A DNA stretch of 64,000 nucleotides from the human T2T-CHM13v2.0 reference genome, Homo sapiens (GCF_009914755.1 NC_060925.1), one strand, 5' to 3'. Shown: positions 46,700 to 60,621, counted from the first letter of the stretch. Numbers and translations: made by a program. The notes: a model not told the origin generated them from the letters alone.

Positions 46700-48560
46700 A
46701 AGATCTAATAAATGTCTCCAATAAAGCTGTAGGATACAAATTCAGCATATAAAAATTAGTTGCATTTCTATACATTAAAGTGAACTATTTGAAAAAGGAA
46801 TTAAGAAAACAATCTCTTTTCAATGTAATCAAAGAGAATAAAATATTTAGGAATAAAGTTCACCAAGGGAATGAAAGACTTGTACCTTAAAATTACAAAA
46901 TATTGCTGGAAGGCATTAAAGCAGATAAAAAATAAATGAATGACATCCCATGTTCCTATACTAGAAGACTCAATATTGTTAAAATGTCCATACTAACTAA
47001 AGCAATGTATGGATTCAATGCAATCCCTATCAAAATTCCAATGGCATTTTTTACAGAAATAAAGAAAGCAATTCTCTAATATATGGAAGCACAAAGGACC
47101 CACTAATAGCCAAAACTATCTTGAGAAAGCAGAACAATGGTGGAGGCATCATATTGCATTATTTCAAAATATATTACAAAGCTACAGTAATCAAAACAGT
47201 ATGGTACTCATGTGAAGACAGACATATAGATTAATCGAACAGAATACAAAGCCCAGAAATAAATCTACACATATATGGTCAACTGATTTGTGACAAGGGT
47301 ACCAAGGGTGCCCCAAAGGGAAAGGATAGTCTCTTCAATATCCTGGGAAATATTGGGAGAATTGAATATACATATGCAAAGGAATGAAATTGGTTGCCTA
47401 TATTAGACTACACAAAAAAATTACAAAACGGATTAAAGACTTAAACATAAGACGTGAAACAGTAAAAATCCTAGAGAAAACATAGGGAAAGCTTCATGGC
47501 ATTGGTCCTAGCAATGATTTCATTGGAATGACACCAAAGCACGGGTAATAAAAGCAAAAAGTCGACAAGTGGAACTACAAACTAAAAAGCTTCTGCACAA
47601 CAAAGGAAAAAATCAAGAGAATGAAAGCCAACCTATGAGATGGGAGAAAACATTTGCAAACCATATACTTGATAAGGGTTAATTTCCAAAATATATAAGA
47701 AAATTATTCAAAGAAATGAATAATCTAAATTTAAAATAGGCTAAGAACACAAATACACATTTCTACAAAGTACACAAACAGATGGCCAACAGGTATCAGT
47801 AATTGTCAATATTGCTTAATGTCACTAATTGTCAGAGAAACGATAATCAAAACCACAATGAGATACTGTTTTACACCTACTAGTATGGCTAGTATTTTTT
47901 TAAGACAACAAGTGTTGGCAAGGATTTAGAGAAATTGGAACCCATGTACACTATTGTTGAGAATATAAATTGATAAAGCTATTATGGAAAAAAGTATGGA
48001 GTTCCTCAAAAGATTATAGATAGACTACCATCAGATCCAGCAATCTCACTTCTGGGGTATTTATTCAAAATTTGAAATCAGGATCTCAAATATATATATA
48101 TATTAGCACTCCTGAGTTCACTGCAGCACTATTCATAATAGCCAAGAAGTAGAAAAAACCTAAATGCCCATGGATGGATAAATGGAAAAAGAAAATGTGA
48201 TAAACATATACAATGGGATATTACTCAGCCTTAAAGATAAGGAAATCCTGTCATTTGCAGCAAAATGAATGAACCTAGAGGACATTTTGCTAAGTGAAAT
48301 AAGCCAGTCACAAAAGGATAAACACTGCGTGATTCAGTTATGTGAGGTATCTAAAATAGTCTAACTCATTGAAGCTGAGAGTAGAATGTTGGTTGATGGC
48401 CTGGGGGAATGGGAATTGGGAAGTTGATAATCAAAGAGTATAAAGTTTCAGATATACAAGATGGATACATTCTAGAGATTTGCTGTACAAAATGTGCCTA
48501 TAGTTAACACTTAAAAATTTAAGAGGATAGATATCATGTTAAGTGTTCTTACCATAATAA
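46700..48560 (+). mobile_element. L1MA/MB ORF2 3' half plus 3' UTR
   Basis: Degenerate ORF2 homology (ttcaatgcaatccctatcaaaattcc, acagtatggtac). Confidence 0.85.
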
Positions 48561-48601
48561 GACAAGAATAAGAAAAGATATATCTTCTAAAAAACTATTG
48601 A

Positions 48602-48928
<327 letters not shown>

Positions 48929-50067
48929 GATCCTACTTATTTGAACAAAATTTCAAATTATTTGGCTCAGTCTTCAAGGCTCTCTACAGTCTGTCGCTAT
49001 CCTTCCTTGCCATATTATTATTCTTAGCTAACATCCTTAGCTTCCACCACTCCCCTGGATGACTCCTTCCCTGAAGTCATTGCCTACTCATTGTCTCTGT
49101 CTAATCTTGACCTTTCCTGTGTCTGTTTTAACTCATACCAGTTTATGCTCCACTAAAATGACCTTTCTACTTAGCTCCCATCTATTTACATTTAGACTCC
49201 TGCAAAGACAAATCAAGCACTACTTTCTCCACAAATCTTTTCTGAGTGCCACAAATGAAGTAAGTTTTCTTTTATTCAAATGTTGTGAGCACAGTAGCTA
49301 TACTACTGGCATTAGTCACTCTCTACCTTGTTCTATACCTATCTCCCCTATTAGACACTAAGCTCCTTGAAAACAAAATTCAACTCTCAAAATTCAACTC
49401 AAATTTGTAGCATGTTAAGTGGCAAAAATAGTTCTTGAACACAGTGGGTACTCAAAAGGACATTTTTTTTAAATGAGTGATGCTGTCCTGCAGAACCAAA
49501 CATAAGGAATGCATTGAATAAAATAATTGCTAATAGAAAATAATTTGTGCTTGGATTGGGATAGCATAGATAGGTATATAAACCATGTTTATGCGCAATA
49601 TTTTTTTCCTAAGAAACTTCTTTAACTGTCAACAATATTCAGTATTAAAAAAATCATCTGTGCAGCCTCTATATTTAGAAGTTATGACAGCAAAAACAGT
49701 CGACAAAGAATGTTAGATTTTACATTTGCTTCCTAAATGTCACAAACAAAAAAGCACAAATTGACAGTGCCACACCTTTCTCTGGGCACCCACTGTCACC
49801 ACTTCATCCCTACTGAGGGCTGACTCAAACACAGGAGGAAGGCTCCAGATCAATAAGATAATTAGCCAATTAAGCAGTCAATTTTGAAGTAAGGAATAGT
49901 TGACCATTGTGCACTTCAACAATGTACTCAACCATTACACAAAGCCTTGTTGTAAAATATTAACAGCCACTGATTCCAGACTCCTCCCTCCCCTGCTCCT
50001 CCACCTTTTCCTTGCCTTGCCCTAGCACCTTTTTCTGCCAAGGAGGCTCGCAGAAGGATTTCCTTAC

Positions 50068-50459
50068 TTCTATTGTATTTGTTATTTTCCATCTTCTCAT
50101 TTGGAACAAAGGCTTGCTATGGTCTTTTAAAATTTTGTCTTGGACCAAGGTGGTCATTGGCTGAAGTGGAACAAAGTGAAATCCGGTCTGGAAAATGATA
50201 ATGCTGCTTTCCAACTTCTCATCACTGCATATTCTGCCCGCCTTGGCTCCAGAAAATTATCCAGTTATTTCCTTTTGGCAGCATCATTTTAGTGCACTTA
50301 ATAAATTTGGACTTAGGAGGGTGCAGAGTAGCTTTCCCAGCATTTTTTTTAATGTTATAGACATTGCTGTTTCCCTTAAAGAAAGCTAAGTGTAACACCT
50401 CCTGCGCTTTGCCGTTTCTGGCTTTGCTTCAGTTTCTGGTTTTGCTGCTCTTGGTGCTG
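50068..50459 (-). pseudogene. Candidate exon (392 nt with 3 stops, or 120 nt open from acceptor 50187: TGFHFVPLQPMTTLVQDKILKDHSKPLFQMRRWKITNTIE)
   Basis: Acceptor ctcttactctgtttgtcctgaag or cattttccag, donor GAA|gtaagg. One frame spans 130 codons with only 3 stops. Confidence 0.4.
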
Positions 50460-51232
50460 CTTCAGGACAAACAGAGTAAGAGTCCATCTAACTGATATGA
50501 TTCAACAGATTCCAAGGGAGTCCTGAGTCCTGAAAATCTTTTCCCTCCTTTAAACGTATTGGGTGCTTAAAGTCTCCCATTATTATTAACCCCATGGACT
50601 ATTCAAATGTGACTTTCTCCATGAAGCCTCTCATAATTTCAGCCTCCTGCTCCAGATGCAATAAATCACCCCTTCATTTGTCTGTAAAACTGGTCATATT
50701 CTATTTTACAATTAGCTTTATATGTTTCTCCCTCCCCTGCTAGAAAGTGAACATCTCAAAGATTAGAGCCACATCTTATGAATCTTTGCTTCTTCAGCAT
50801 CTGACATATAGCAGAATATCAATTAATTTTCTACGAATAGATGCAAGGCCTGAGGTTTGATCATACATCATTCCTTTAAATTCATTTACTACAAAGCTTC
50901 TTAAATGCAAATATTGTTGGGAAGAACATTATGTTGTAATGCTAATTCAGTAATTATTATTGGTAAACTATAAGTATTCCTCTTGCAGAGATCCATCTGA
51001 GGATTAAAAATATCAGGGGCTGGGAAGTGTGCAAAAGGATTATTTAAAAGGGAAATAAATGTTTCATAAAAGGGAGACACCAAAGATTATCTACTCAATG
51101 ATTTGGGGTTTCAGGCCAAATCTATATCTCAGCTGAAGTCTAATTTACTACAGAGCTTTATACTTTCGAAAGTTTTGCCCATAGAGGATGTATAAGTTGA
51201 TTGTCACAATTTATCTAAAGATGCATTTGTAC

Positions 51233-51307
51233 CTGCAATATAATAGGGCACACGAAAACTTGTCTACAGCCAATATATCTTTAGGCAAGAAGTCAATAAT
51301 GAATCAC
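51233..51307 (-). pseudogene. Candidate exon (75 nt, phase 2-2, *FIIDFLPKDILAVDKFSCALLYC)
   Basis: aatttttatag|GTGA...TGCAG|gtacaa. Single TGA stop. Confidence 0.35.
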
Positions 51308-51929
51308 CTATAAAAATTTTCCAGCTATTACCAAAAACCCTGGCAAGTTCAGGGCTATTTTCACAGCCAGCCCTCTGGGGCTCTCCAGTGACTCAGTATG
51401 CCCCTGCTACACCCCACCTCATTAGCTGCTGGGTTATCCAGACAGACATTAATTACTCAGCATTAAGTGCCTGTGTTTAAATGCTTATTTTGGATAATTC
51501 AGAAGGTTATTCTAGAGAAGTACCGTTAACTCCCTAGTAATTTTGACTTATGATCAAAAAGCTTTACTCAGAAAGACCAGTCACTTCAGTTGAATGACAA
51601 TTTATTAAAAATATGTTACACATGACTGAACTGGAGTGCTTTCCATTCTTTTTCCCAGTTTTGCACTTTGCAGTATACTTAACATCCAGCAAAATTGTCT
51701 CCCCAATGATTAATTCACTCAGATATAGCAACACCCCAAAAAAGTCTCAGTAAATATTTGAATCTCCCTTCAATTGGCTGTTGGTAGCTGGCACAACTTT
51801 TCTGAGTTGCCATGTCATACTGCTTACTATAGAGGGCTCACTTAGCAGTCACTCAGTAAAAGTTAGGAGTTATTATTGTTATTTATATCTATAGATAAAA
51901 TATGTGTTCAGATTGAGGCACCACTATGT

Positions 51930-54004
51930 GCCCTATACTATAAAGGAAAGGGACATATAATATGAAATTTCAGAAAGCCAGAGATAAAGAAGGGTTTCTA
52001 GTAGATAGGGAAAATCTAGATTATGTACAAACAACTGTAAATCAGAGTAATATCAGACTTCTCACCAATAACCACTAAAGCTAGAAAAAGAATAATGCCT
52101 TAAAATTCTGAAATAATGACTTTCAACCAAAAATTCTGTGTAGAAACAATTTGACTAGTGGTTGGGAAAATATTACCATTGATATCTTCATAAACCGAAG
52201 ATAAGACAATGCATCTATAAAACAAATGGGATACCATGAAGAGGGAACTGAGTGAACAAAGAGAGAGAGAGACAAAATGACAGATAAAAAGAATTGTCAA
52301 AACATTATTTTAGGAAAGTTAATATAATAATTTAAATAGAAGCATGGTGCAATATAGTCAAGGAAATACCTCAGAAAATAAAGAAAATAATGTCAAAATA
52401 AAAGACAATAAAAGATAAAAGAAAATTAATTCAGGAACATTTAACTAACTGTAGCTCCAAATAAAGAGGAGGCAGAAAAGGAGGAAAATAGAACTGCTAA
52501 ACAAACAACAACAACAAAAAACAATTCCTCAGAACTGAAAGACATGAGTCTCCAGATTAGAATGCTCCACTCTGGGCATTATCATGAGTCAAAAAAAAAT
52601 AAAATGAATAAAAACATTTAAAGTATTGCAAGAGGAAAAAAATAACAAATGACATATAAATAGGAAATCAGAGTGACTTCAGACTATTCAATAGCAACTA
52701 CTGTAGACAAAGGAAAATCGAATACATATATAGTGGAATAATGCCTTAAACATTCAGATGCTATAAGTAGGAGCTAAACATTTGTACACATAAGCATAAA
52801 GATGGAAATAACAGACACTGGACACTGGGAACTACTTGAAGCAGGGTGAGTGGGAGCGAGTGAGGGTTGAAAAACTACCTATTAGGTGCTATGCTCACTA
52901 CGTGGGTGATGAGATCATTTGTACAACAAACCCCAGCAACATGCAATTTACCCAGGTAACAAACCTGCACGTACAACCCCTGAAACTAAAATAAAGTTGA
53001 GAAAAATATATATTCAGATTCACAGCAATCTATCCACTTAGTGTGAGAATAGAATAAATACATTTTAAGACTTACAATAAGAAATTTTATCTCCTATGTT
53101 CCTTTTTAGAAATATATACCAAGTATGTTAACCAGCAAGTGACTATATGTTCCAGTAAAACCAAAAAGCAATCATATTGGGGATCCAGCAGAAAGAAACT
53201 CTATTATAATTTAGTAACAAGGAAAAATTCTATTATGACAAAAAAGAAAAGCATGGCAAGACAGCAATGAAGCAGGTCTGGAATAAAAGCCAAATGGAAT
53301 CAAGAGGACACATGACTCTAGGAGACAGGTGTCTAAAGGAAAATAGAACTGACAACATATATACTTGTTTGAGATTTTGGAAATAAAATTAAAAGACAGC
53401 TGGCAGATCCATTGGAACATTTGAGAAAAATTAGTAATAGACAGAAAATAAAGTAAGTAATAAATAAAGCATTCACAATCAGATCCTGATTTCTGAATGC
53501 CATTCCCCAATAAAGGAATCAAAACCCTGGGAGAAGTGACTGATTCTAGAACCAAGAAAGAAAATAGAAGGTGAGACTGGAGCATCTAATAATGACAGAA
53601 AGTAAGTGCTCAAAAAACATAGAGATGAGGGCATTTCAAATGGACACAGGAATCAACCTGGAGGAACTCCCAATGATCAAAGCTGGAGCAATTTGAGAAA
53701 CAAAATAAATAACATAGTATTGAGTTATTACACAAAGCATAAAACAAATGTATATGATTTCATGCTGACATGAATAAATTAGTAAGGGAAAACAGACAAA
53801 TCTTCTCTACAAAAAAAAATTCCAAATAATTTATGTAGCTAACCCCCTAGCTTCCAAGAGATGAAGTTTAATTTCCTTCCTCCTGGAGTATTAACTGAAC
53901 TTTGTGATTTCCTTGTAAAAAATATAGAGATGGGGAAAATTAACTTTACACTAGAAAATACTGTTGACATTACTTTGGCTGGGTAATCAAAATTAACATC
54001 ACCA
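51930..54004 (+). mobile_element. Old L1M (MC/ME-like) fragments including a short L1PB-like 3' insertion at about 52758-53005
   Basis: A-rich ORF1-like remnants. The insertion is flanked by attcagat. Confidence 0.6.
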
Positions 54005-54112
54005 GAGTTCGAGACGAGCCTGGCCAACATGGTGAAACCCCATCTTTACTAAAAGTACGAAAGGATTTAGAGTCCCAAAGTGCTAGGATTATAGGCAGGA
54101 GCCACCGCGTCC
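54005..54112. mobile_element. Two Alu left-arm fragments in opposite orientation
   Basis: 54005-54058 is sense Alu nt ~73-125. 54073-54112 is antisense Alu nt ~5-44. Confidence 0.85.
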
Positions 54113-54469
54113 ATTCAAGGTTATGCATTTTAGCAAGAATACCCCAGATGTGACATTGTGCTCTTCTCAGTGCATCATATTGGGGGTACATGGTGTTCAT
54201 ATGTCTTATTCCTGGTGACATCAATTTCAATCACTTTGGTTAAGGTGGTGTCTGCCTAATCTCTGTAAAGTGACTATTTTTCCCTCTTAAAGATGACCTT
54301 AAAAATTAAGGTAAGTTTTATTTTGCCTTAATTCAGATGCATATTTAAATGCCACCTTTTGCAAAAATATTTCAGTCAAATTATAATAAAAATTTATGTG
54401 ATTAAAAAAATTTAATGTCATCAGTGATAACTCAACCTGAGAGCATATGCACTGATATGATGTGCTGTG

Positions 54470-56817
54470 TTATATATATGAAACACTGGAGTTCCCAAAT
54501 TTATAAATCAATTACTACCGGACCTAAGAAATGTTATAGACAGTAACACAATAATCGTGGGGGACTTCAATACTCTACTGATAGCACTAGACACGTCACC
54601 AAAACAGAATGTCAACAAAGAAAAACAATGAACTTATACTATACCCTAGAACAAATGGACTTAACAAGTATTTACAGAACATTCTACCCAACAACTGAAG
54701 AATATACATTCTTTTCATTGACACATCGAACATTCTTCAAGATAGACCATATAACAGGCTGCAAAACAAGTCCCAAAGAAAATGAAAATTATATCAAGTA
54801 CTGTCTCAGACCACAGTGGAATAAAATTAGAAACTAATTCCCAAAGTAACCCTCAAAACTATACAAATACATGGGAATTAAATAATCTGCTCCTGAATGA
54901 TCTTTGGGTCAACAAAGGAATCAAGATGGAAATTTAGAAATTCTTTGAACTGAACAATAATAGTGACACAACCTATCAAAACCTCTGGAATAAAGCAAAA
55001 GCGGTGCTGAGAGGAATGTTCATAGCCTTAAATACCTACATCAAAAAGTCTGAAAGAGCAAATATAGACAATGTAAGGTCACACCTCAAGGAACTAGAGA
55101 AACAAGAACAATCTAAACCCAAACCCAGTAGAAGAAAAGAAATAACAAAGATCAGAACAGAACTAAATAAAATTGAAACAACAACAAAAAACAATACAAG
55201 AGATAAATGAAACAAAAGCTGGTTCTTTGAAAAAATAAGTAAAATTGATAGATCATCAGTGAGAATAACCAAGAAAAGAAAAGAGAAGATCCAAATAAGC
55301 TCGATTAGAAATGAAATGAGAGATATTACAACTGATACCACAAAAATACAAAAGATCATTCATGGCTACTATGAACACCTTTATGCGCATAAACTAGAAA
55401 ACCTAGAGGAGATGGATGAATTCCTGGAAATATACAGCCTTCCTAGATTAAACCAGGAAGAAATAGAAACTCTGAACAGGTCAATAACAAGCAGTGAGAT
55501 TGAAATGGTAATAAAAATATTACCAACAAAATAAGTCCAGGATCAGATGGAGTCACAACTGAATTCTATCAGACATTCCAAGGAGAATTGGTACCAATCC
55601 TATTGACACTATTCCATAAGATAGAGAAAGAGGGAATCCTCTCTAAATCATTCTATGGAGCCAATGTTACCCTAATGCCAAAACCAGGAGAGGACATAAC
55701 AACAACAATAACAACAAGAAAAAACACAAAAAACTACAGACCAATATCCCTGATAAACCTGTATCCAAAATTTTCAACAAGATAACAGCCAACCGAATCT
55801 AACAGCATGTTAAAAAGACAATCCATTATGATCAAGTTGGTTTCCTATCAGGGATGCAGGGATGATTTAACATGTCCAAATCAATAAACACAATACACCA
55901 CATAAACAAAATTAAAAACAAAAATAATATGATTATCTCAATAAACACAGAAAAACCATTTGACAAAATTCAGCATCACTTTATGATTAAAATCCTTAGC
56001 AAAATTTGCATAGAAAGGGTATATCTTAAGGTAATAAAAGCAATCTATGACAAACCCACAGCCAACATTACATTGAATGGGGAAAAGTTGAAAGCATTAC
56101 CCCTGAGAACTGGAACAAGACAAGAATGCCCACTCTCACCACTTATATACAATATAGCTCTGGAAGTGCTAGCCAGAGCATTCCAAATTACTAAAATTTG
56201 CATCTGGTACAGGACTTAAAAGTTCCTTGCTTTTAAGAAAGAAATAAAGAGCATCCTAATCAGTAAAGAGGAAGTCAAGCTGTTGCTGCTCACTGATGAT
56301 ATGATTGTAAACCCTAAAGATTCATCCAAAAAGCTCCTAGATCTGATAAATGAATTCAATAAAGTTTCAGGACACAAAATCTGTGTACACAAACTAGTAG
56401 CACTGCTATACACCAACAGTGACCAAGCTGAGACTCAAATCAAGAACCCAATCCCTTCTACAACAGCTGCAAAAACATAACAAAACAAAACAAAACAAAT
56501 CATGTACTTAGGAATATATGTAACCAAGGTGGTGAATGATCTCTACAAGAAAAACAACAAAACACTGCTGAAAGAAATCATAGATGACACAAACAAATAG
56601 AAACACATTCTATGCTCAGGGATGGGTAGAATCAATATTGTGAAAATGACCATACTGCCAAAAGCAATTTATAAATTCATTGCAATGCCCATAAAAATAC
56701 CATCATCATTCTTCACAGAACTAGAAAAAAATTCCTAAAATTCATATGGAACCAAAAGAGAGCTTGTATAGCCATAACAACACTAAGCAAAAAGAACAAA
56801 TTTAAAGGCATCACATT
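54470..56817 (+). mobile_element. L1PB-type ORF2 fragment (EN-RT), no 3' end
   Basis: ORFs 54628-56480 are degenerate ORF2p ([16 protein letters not shown]). Confidence 0.9.
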
Positions 56818-57454
56818 AGAGACTCCAAAATCAGACTACCTACTTCAAATATTAACTCTGTGGCCTTAAGATATTAAACCCTTATGTGTCTCAGTTTCTT
56901 CATCTATTAAATGAGGGGATAATGTTATTTCTCATACTTATTTTGGATTAAATGAGATAATACATTAAAATGGATAAAACTGCCTGCCAAATGACATGCT
57001 CCGTAATTGCTAATACTGGTTTTTACTTGATGAGTCACAAAGTAAAGTTAGTTTATGCCTCCTGCCTGGCCCAATGCATCTTTGTAGTTGAAGTAACTAT
57101 GTAGAAACAGGAAATGCCAACATTACAATTTCATGGCATCAGAGTTAGCAAAAAGAAAGGTAGGCTTTTATTATCTACCTTTTCCACAGCAAACTCTGGT
57201 TGGTCCACAGAATAGATCTCTCTCTTTACCATGTGAAGGAGAAAAATAAGAAATAAGACCACTATTGTGTTGTCTTACATCCAAACATCAACCCTATTAA
57301 CATTGCTGTGATTCAGCTTTCATTGTTTTATTCAATCAAAACATTTCATTAACATTTACTATAAGCAAGGAACTTTTAAGTCCTATGCCAGATGCAAAGA
57401 TAAAAAGTTTGGTCCTCATTACCTCTTTAGCAAAAAAAAAAAAAAAAAAAAAAA

Positions 57455-58855
57455 TATATGGTGAAATGCACAAACAAAATGTATCATCTTTTTTCTTTTT
57501 TTTATTATACTTTAAGTTTTAGGGTACATGTGCACATTGTGCAGGTTAGTTACAAAATGTGGCACATATACACCATGGAATACTATGCAGCCATAAAAAA
57601 TGATGAGTTCATGTCCTTTGTAGGGACATGGATGAAATTGGAAATCATCATTCTCAGTAAACTATCGCAAGAACAAAAAACCAAACACCGCATATTCTCA
57701 CTCATAGGTGGGAATTGAACAATGAGATCACATGTATCATCTTATTTTTAAGTGTACAGTTCAGAAGTGTTAAGTATGTTCAAAATGTTGTTCAATCAAT
57801 TTCAGAACTCTTTTCATATTGCAAAACTGAAACTCTATATCCTTTAAACAAGAACTCTCCATTCTCCCCTCCCTCCAGCCCCAGCAGCAACCATTCTACT
57901 TCCTGTCTCTACAAATTTGACTATTCTAGGTACCTCATACAATATTTTTCTTTTTGGGACTTGCTCATTTTACTTAGCATAATGTCCTCAAGATCCATCT
58001 ATGTTATTGCATGTATCATAATTTCCTTCCTTTTTAGGCTGACTAAATTCCATTGTTTTTATATACCACATTTCATTTATCTATTCATCCATCAACGAAA
58101 ACTTGGGTTGCATGGATGTTTTAGTTATTGTGAATAATGCTGCTATGTATAGGTGTAGAAATATCTCTTTTGATGCTGCTCCCAATTTTTTTATATATAC
58201 ACAGTAGTGACACCTCTGGATCATATGGTAATTCTATCTTTACCATTTTCAGTAACTTCCATACTACTTTCCATAGTGGCTACACCTTTTTACATTCCCA
58301 AGTAAGATGCACAAAGACCAAGTTCTCTTCATCCTCACCAACTGTTATTTTCTGTGTGTTTTTTTAAATAGCCACCCCACTTTAATGGGATTGACATGGT
58401 ATCTCAGTGTGTTTGTGATTTGCATTCCCCTAATGATTAGCAATGGCCGGCATCTTTCTTTATGTGCCTATTGGTCATTTGTATATCTTCCTTAAAGAAA
58501 TGCATATTCAAGTTTTGCCCATTTTTGATTTTTTTTGTTATTGAATTTTAGTTCTTTATATATTTTGGTTACTAATCCCTTATCAGATATATGATTTTCA
58601 AATATTTTCTCTCATTTCATAGGTTATATTTTCACCCTGTTGATTATGTCCTTTGATACACAGAAGTTTTTTTATTTCGATGTAGGCCAATTCACTTATT
58701 TTAACTTTTGTTACCCATGCTTTTGGCATCAGAGCCAAGAAATCATTGACAAATTCAGTGTCATGAAGCTTTTCTCTATGTTTTCTTCTAATGGTTTTAT
58801 AGTATTAGCTTTTATATTTAGATCTTTGATCCATTTAGAGTTATTTTTTTCCTTT
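57455..58855 (-). mobile_element. L1MB-type 3' end
   Basis: Antisense 3' UTR (caaaactgaaactcta, caaccattctacttc) and ORF2 tail. Confidence 0.82.
57491..57734 (-). mobile_element. Young L1 (L1PA2/pre-Ta-like) mini-insertion with 5' inversion
   Basis: polyT plus short antisense 3' end (57491-57554), then about 180 bp in the opposite orientation. Perfect 12-bp TSD atgtatcatctt at 57479-57490 and 57732-57743. Confidence 0.92.
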
Positions 58856-59303
58856 GTATAAATGTCCTCATTTATTCATTTATTCAATAAACAGACCTTG
58901 AACACTTACTGTGTGCCAGGTATGTATATTTAATGTCCAAGGCACTGAATGCCCAAGGAAGATCTTAACCTTATTCTTAAACTAATATCTTAATATAGAT
59001 TCCAGCACCCAGTGAGTGATTCTCTGTCCCAGTAGAGGAGACAAACAAGTGCACAAATAAGTGGAAGACAAGGTAACGAAACTTTAATAACTGTACAGCA
59101 CAGCACCAACCAATCCGAGCAGACCCAGTCACAGTAGCCCCTGCCATGGTGAATACCAGCTGTCTGTCAGCCCTGAGTATAGGTAATACCAAGTGCAATA
59201 TTTTAAACACCCAAAGAGGAATGTAAACTAGAGGGAGTAGAGAGAGGGGGGCCACTTTTATAATTCCACATTCGTGCTTCCCTCGCAGAGGGAGCTGAAT
59301 TGA

Positions 59304-60026
59304 TGTAGTTGGCTATACGAGTTTTCCATCCTCTCCTGTATACACACCCATTGCCAAGTGACTGCAGTTCTTCTCCCTGAAGAGGTGGAGTCTGTCTCCT
59401 GACTCCTTGAATCTGGACTGGCCCTCTGACTTGCTTTGGCCAGTGGAATGCAGCAGAAGTAATGAGGAGCCTATTTCAAGATTAGGCTGTAAGACGCCTT
59501 GGGTAATTCTGCTCATTATTGCTCCTCTGCCGTCACTATGACAAGATGCCCCAGATAGCCTGCTGGAGGAGGAGAGACTTGGACACAGCCAAGTTGCCCC
59601 ACTTGCCCCAGAGAAGGCTATCCTAGATCAGCTAATAGCCAGCCAGCACCTACAGTGAAGTTTCTCCGTAGAAGCACTTTGAAGTTAGGGGTTGGATCAT
59701 TATTTGTTGTGGGGAGCTGTTCATTTATGGATGGCATCATCCCTGGCCTCTACTCACCAGATCCCAGTAGTACCCCCCCCCCCCACCCCACCGCCAAAGG
59801 TGTGACAACCAAAAATATCTCCAGACATTGCCAAATGCCCCCGAGGGGCAAAACAGCCTCTGGTTGGAACTTATGCCCCAGACTTATGAGTGTGTCAAGC
59901 TAAGATCAGCAGTGCTACCTAGTTTCTGACTGTGGATACATGAGCAGTAAATGCCTACTGTTGTTTGCCACTGAAGTGTGTGGTTATTTGTCTCATAGCA
60001 TTATTGTGGAATAGGTAGCTAATACA
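59304..60026 (+). mobile_element. MLT1 (G/H-like) LTR interrupted by MER20
   Basis: gaggtggagtct...ccttgaatctgg...gacttgctttggcc, ending ...gctaataca. Confidence 0.75.
59652..59874 (-). mobile_element. MER20
   Basis: catccctggcctctactcaccagat...tgtgacaaccaaaaatatctccagacattgccaaatg. Confidence 0.85.
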
Positions 60027-60621
60027 GTGACCAAAAACATGGAAACATGGAAGTGAGAGATAGAACTGGACAACTGGACAACTGCAAGTAGTCCAGTGGG
60101 CTGGGAACTTGACAAGTAGATTTGTAGGTAGAGTCAGGTTAGTATGAAGTACAGACAAGGCTAGAAAGCTAGGGTACCTTGGTATGAATTGGGGACATGA
60201 TTATTCATGGTGGGGGAGGGGTGCTGTCAGAGCATGTGTCAGTTATGTATTTATACCACAGGAAACAGGGTTATCAGCCTGTACTGTAGGCAGCAGTAGG
60301 GAGGGGGAATTGTTCAAGCAGGAGGGAACGTTCTGCAGTGGTTCAGTTGATTCACACATAAGGCCCGAATTAGGGAATTAGGAGAATGGCCATATGTGTG
60401 GAAAGGAGGGGAGGGCAACCAGGCATGTTTGGTGTAAAATTGATACAACTTGGTAACCTGTACCTTGCTGCCTTTGCACATTTGATTTCCCCTGTCTCAG
60501 AGGCTCCCTCTTTTCCAATGATGATCTACTCAACCCTCAATACTCAGCTCAACATTCAGGGAAGTCTTTGTGGGAGTCTTCCATGTCTTGTGAAGGCAGA
60601 GCTTATATGGCTGTCACAACT

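Noticed and set aside
59090-59227. Resemblance to SLC9C-type exchangers (VLPILRADRQL...GRGY)
   Set aside because: It needs frameshifts, and downstream exons show no cyclic-nucleotide-binding-like sequence. Too weak to call.
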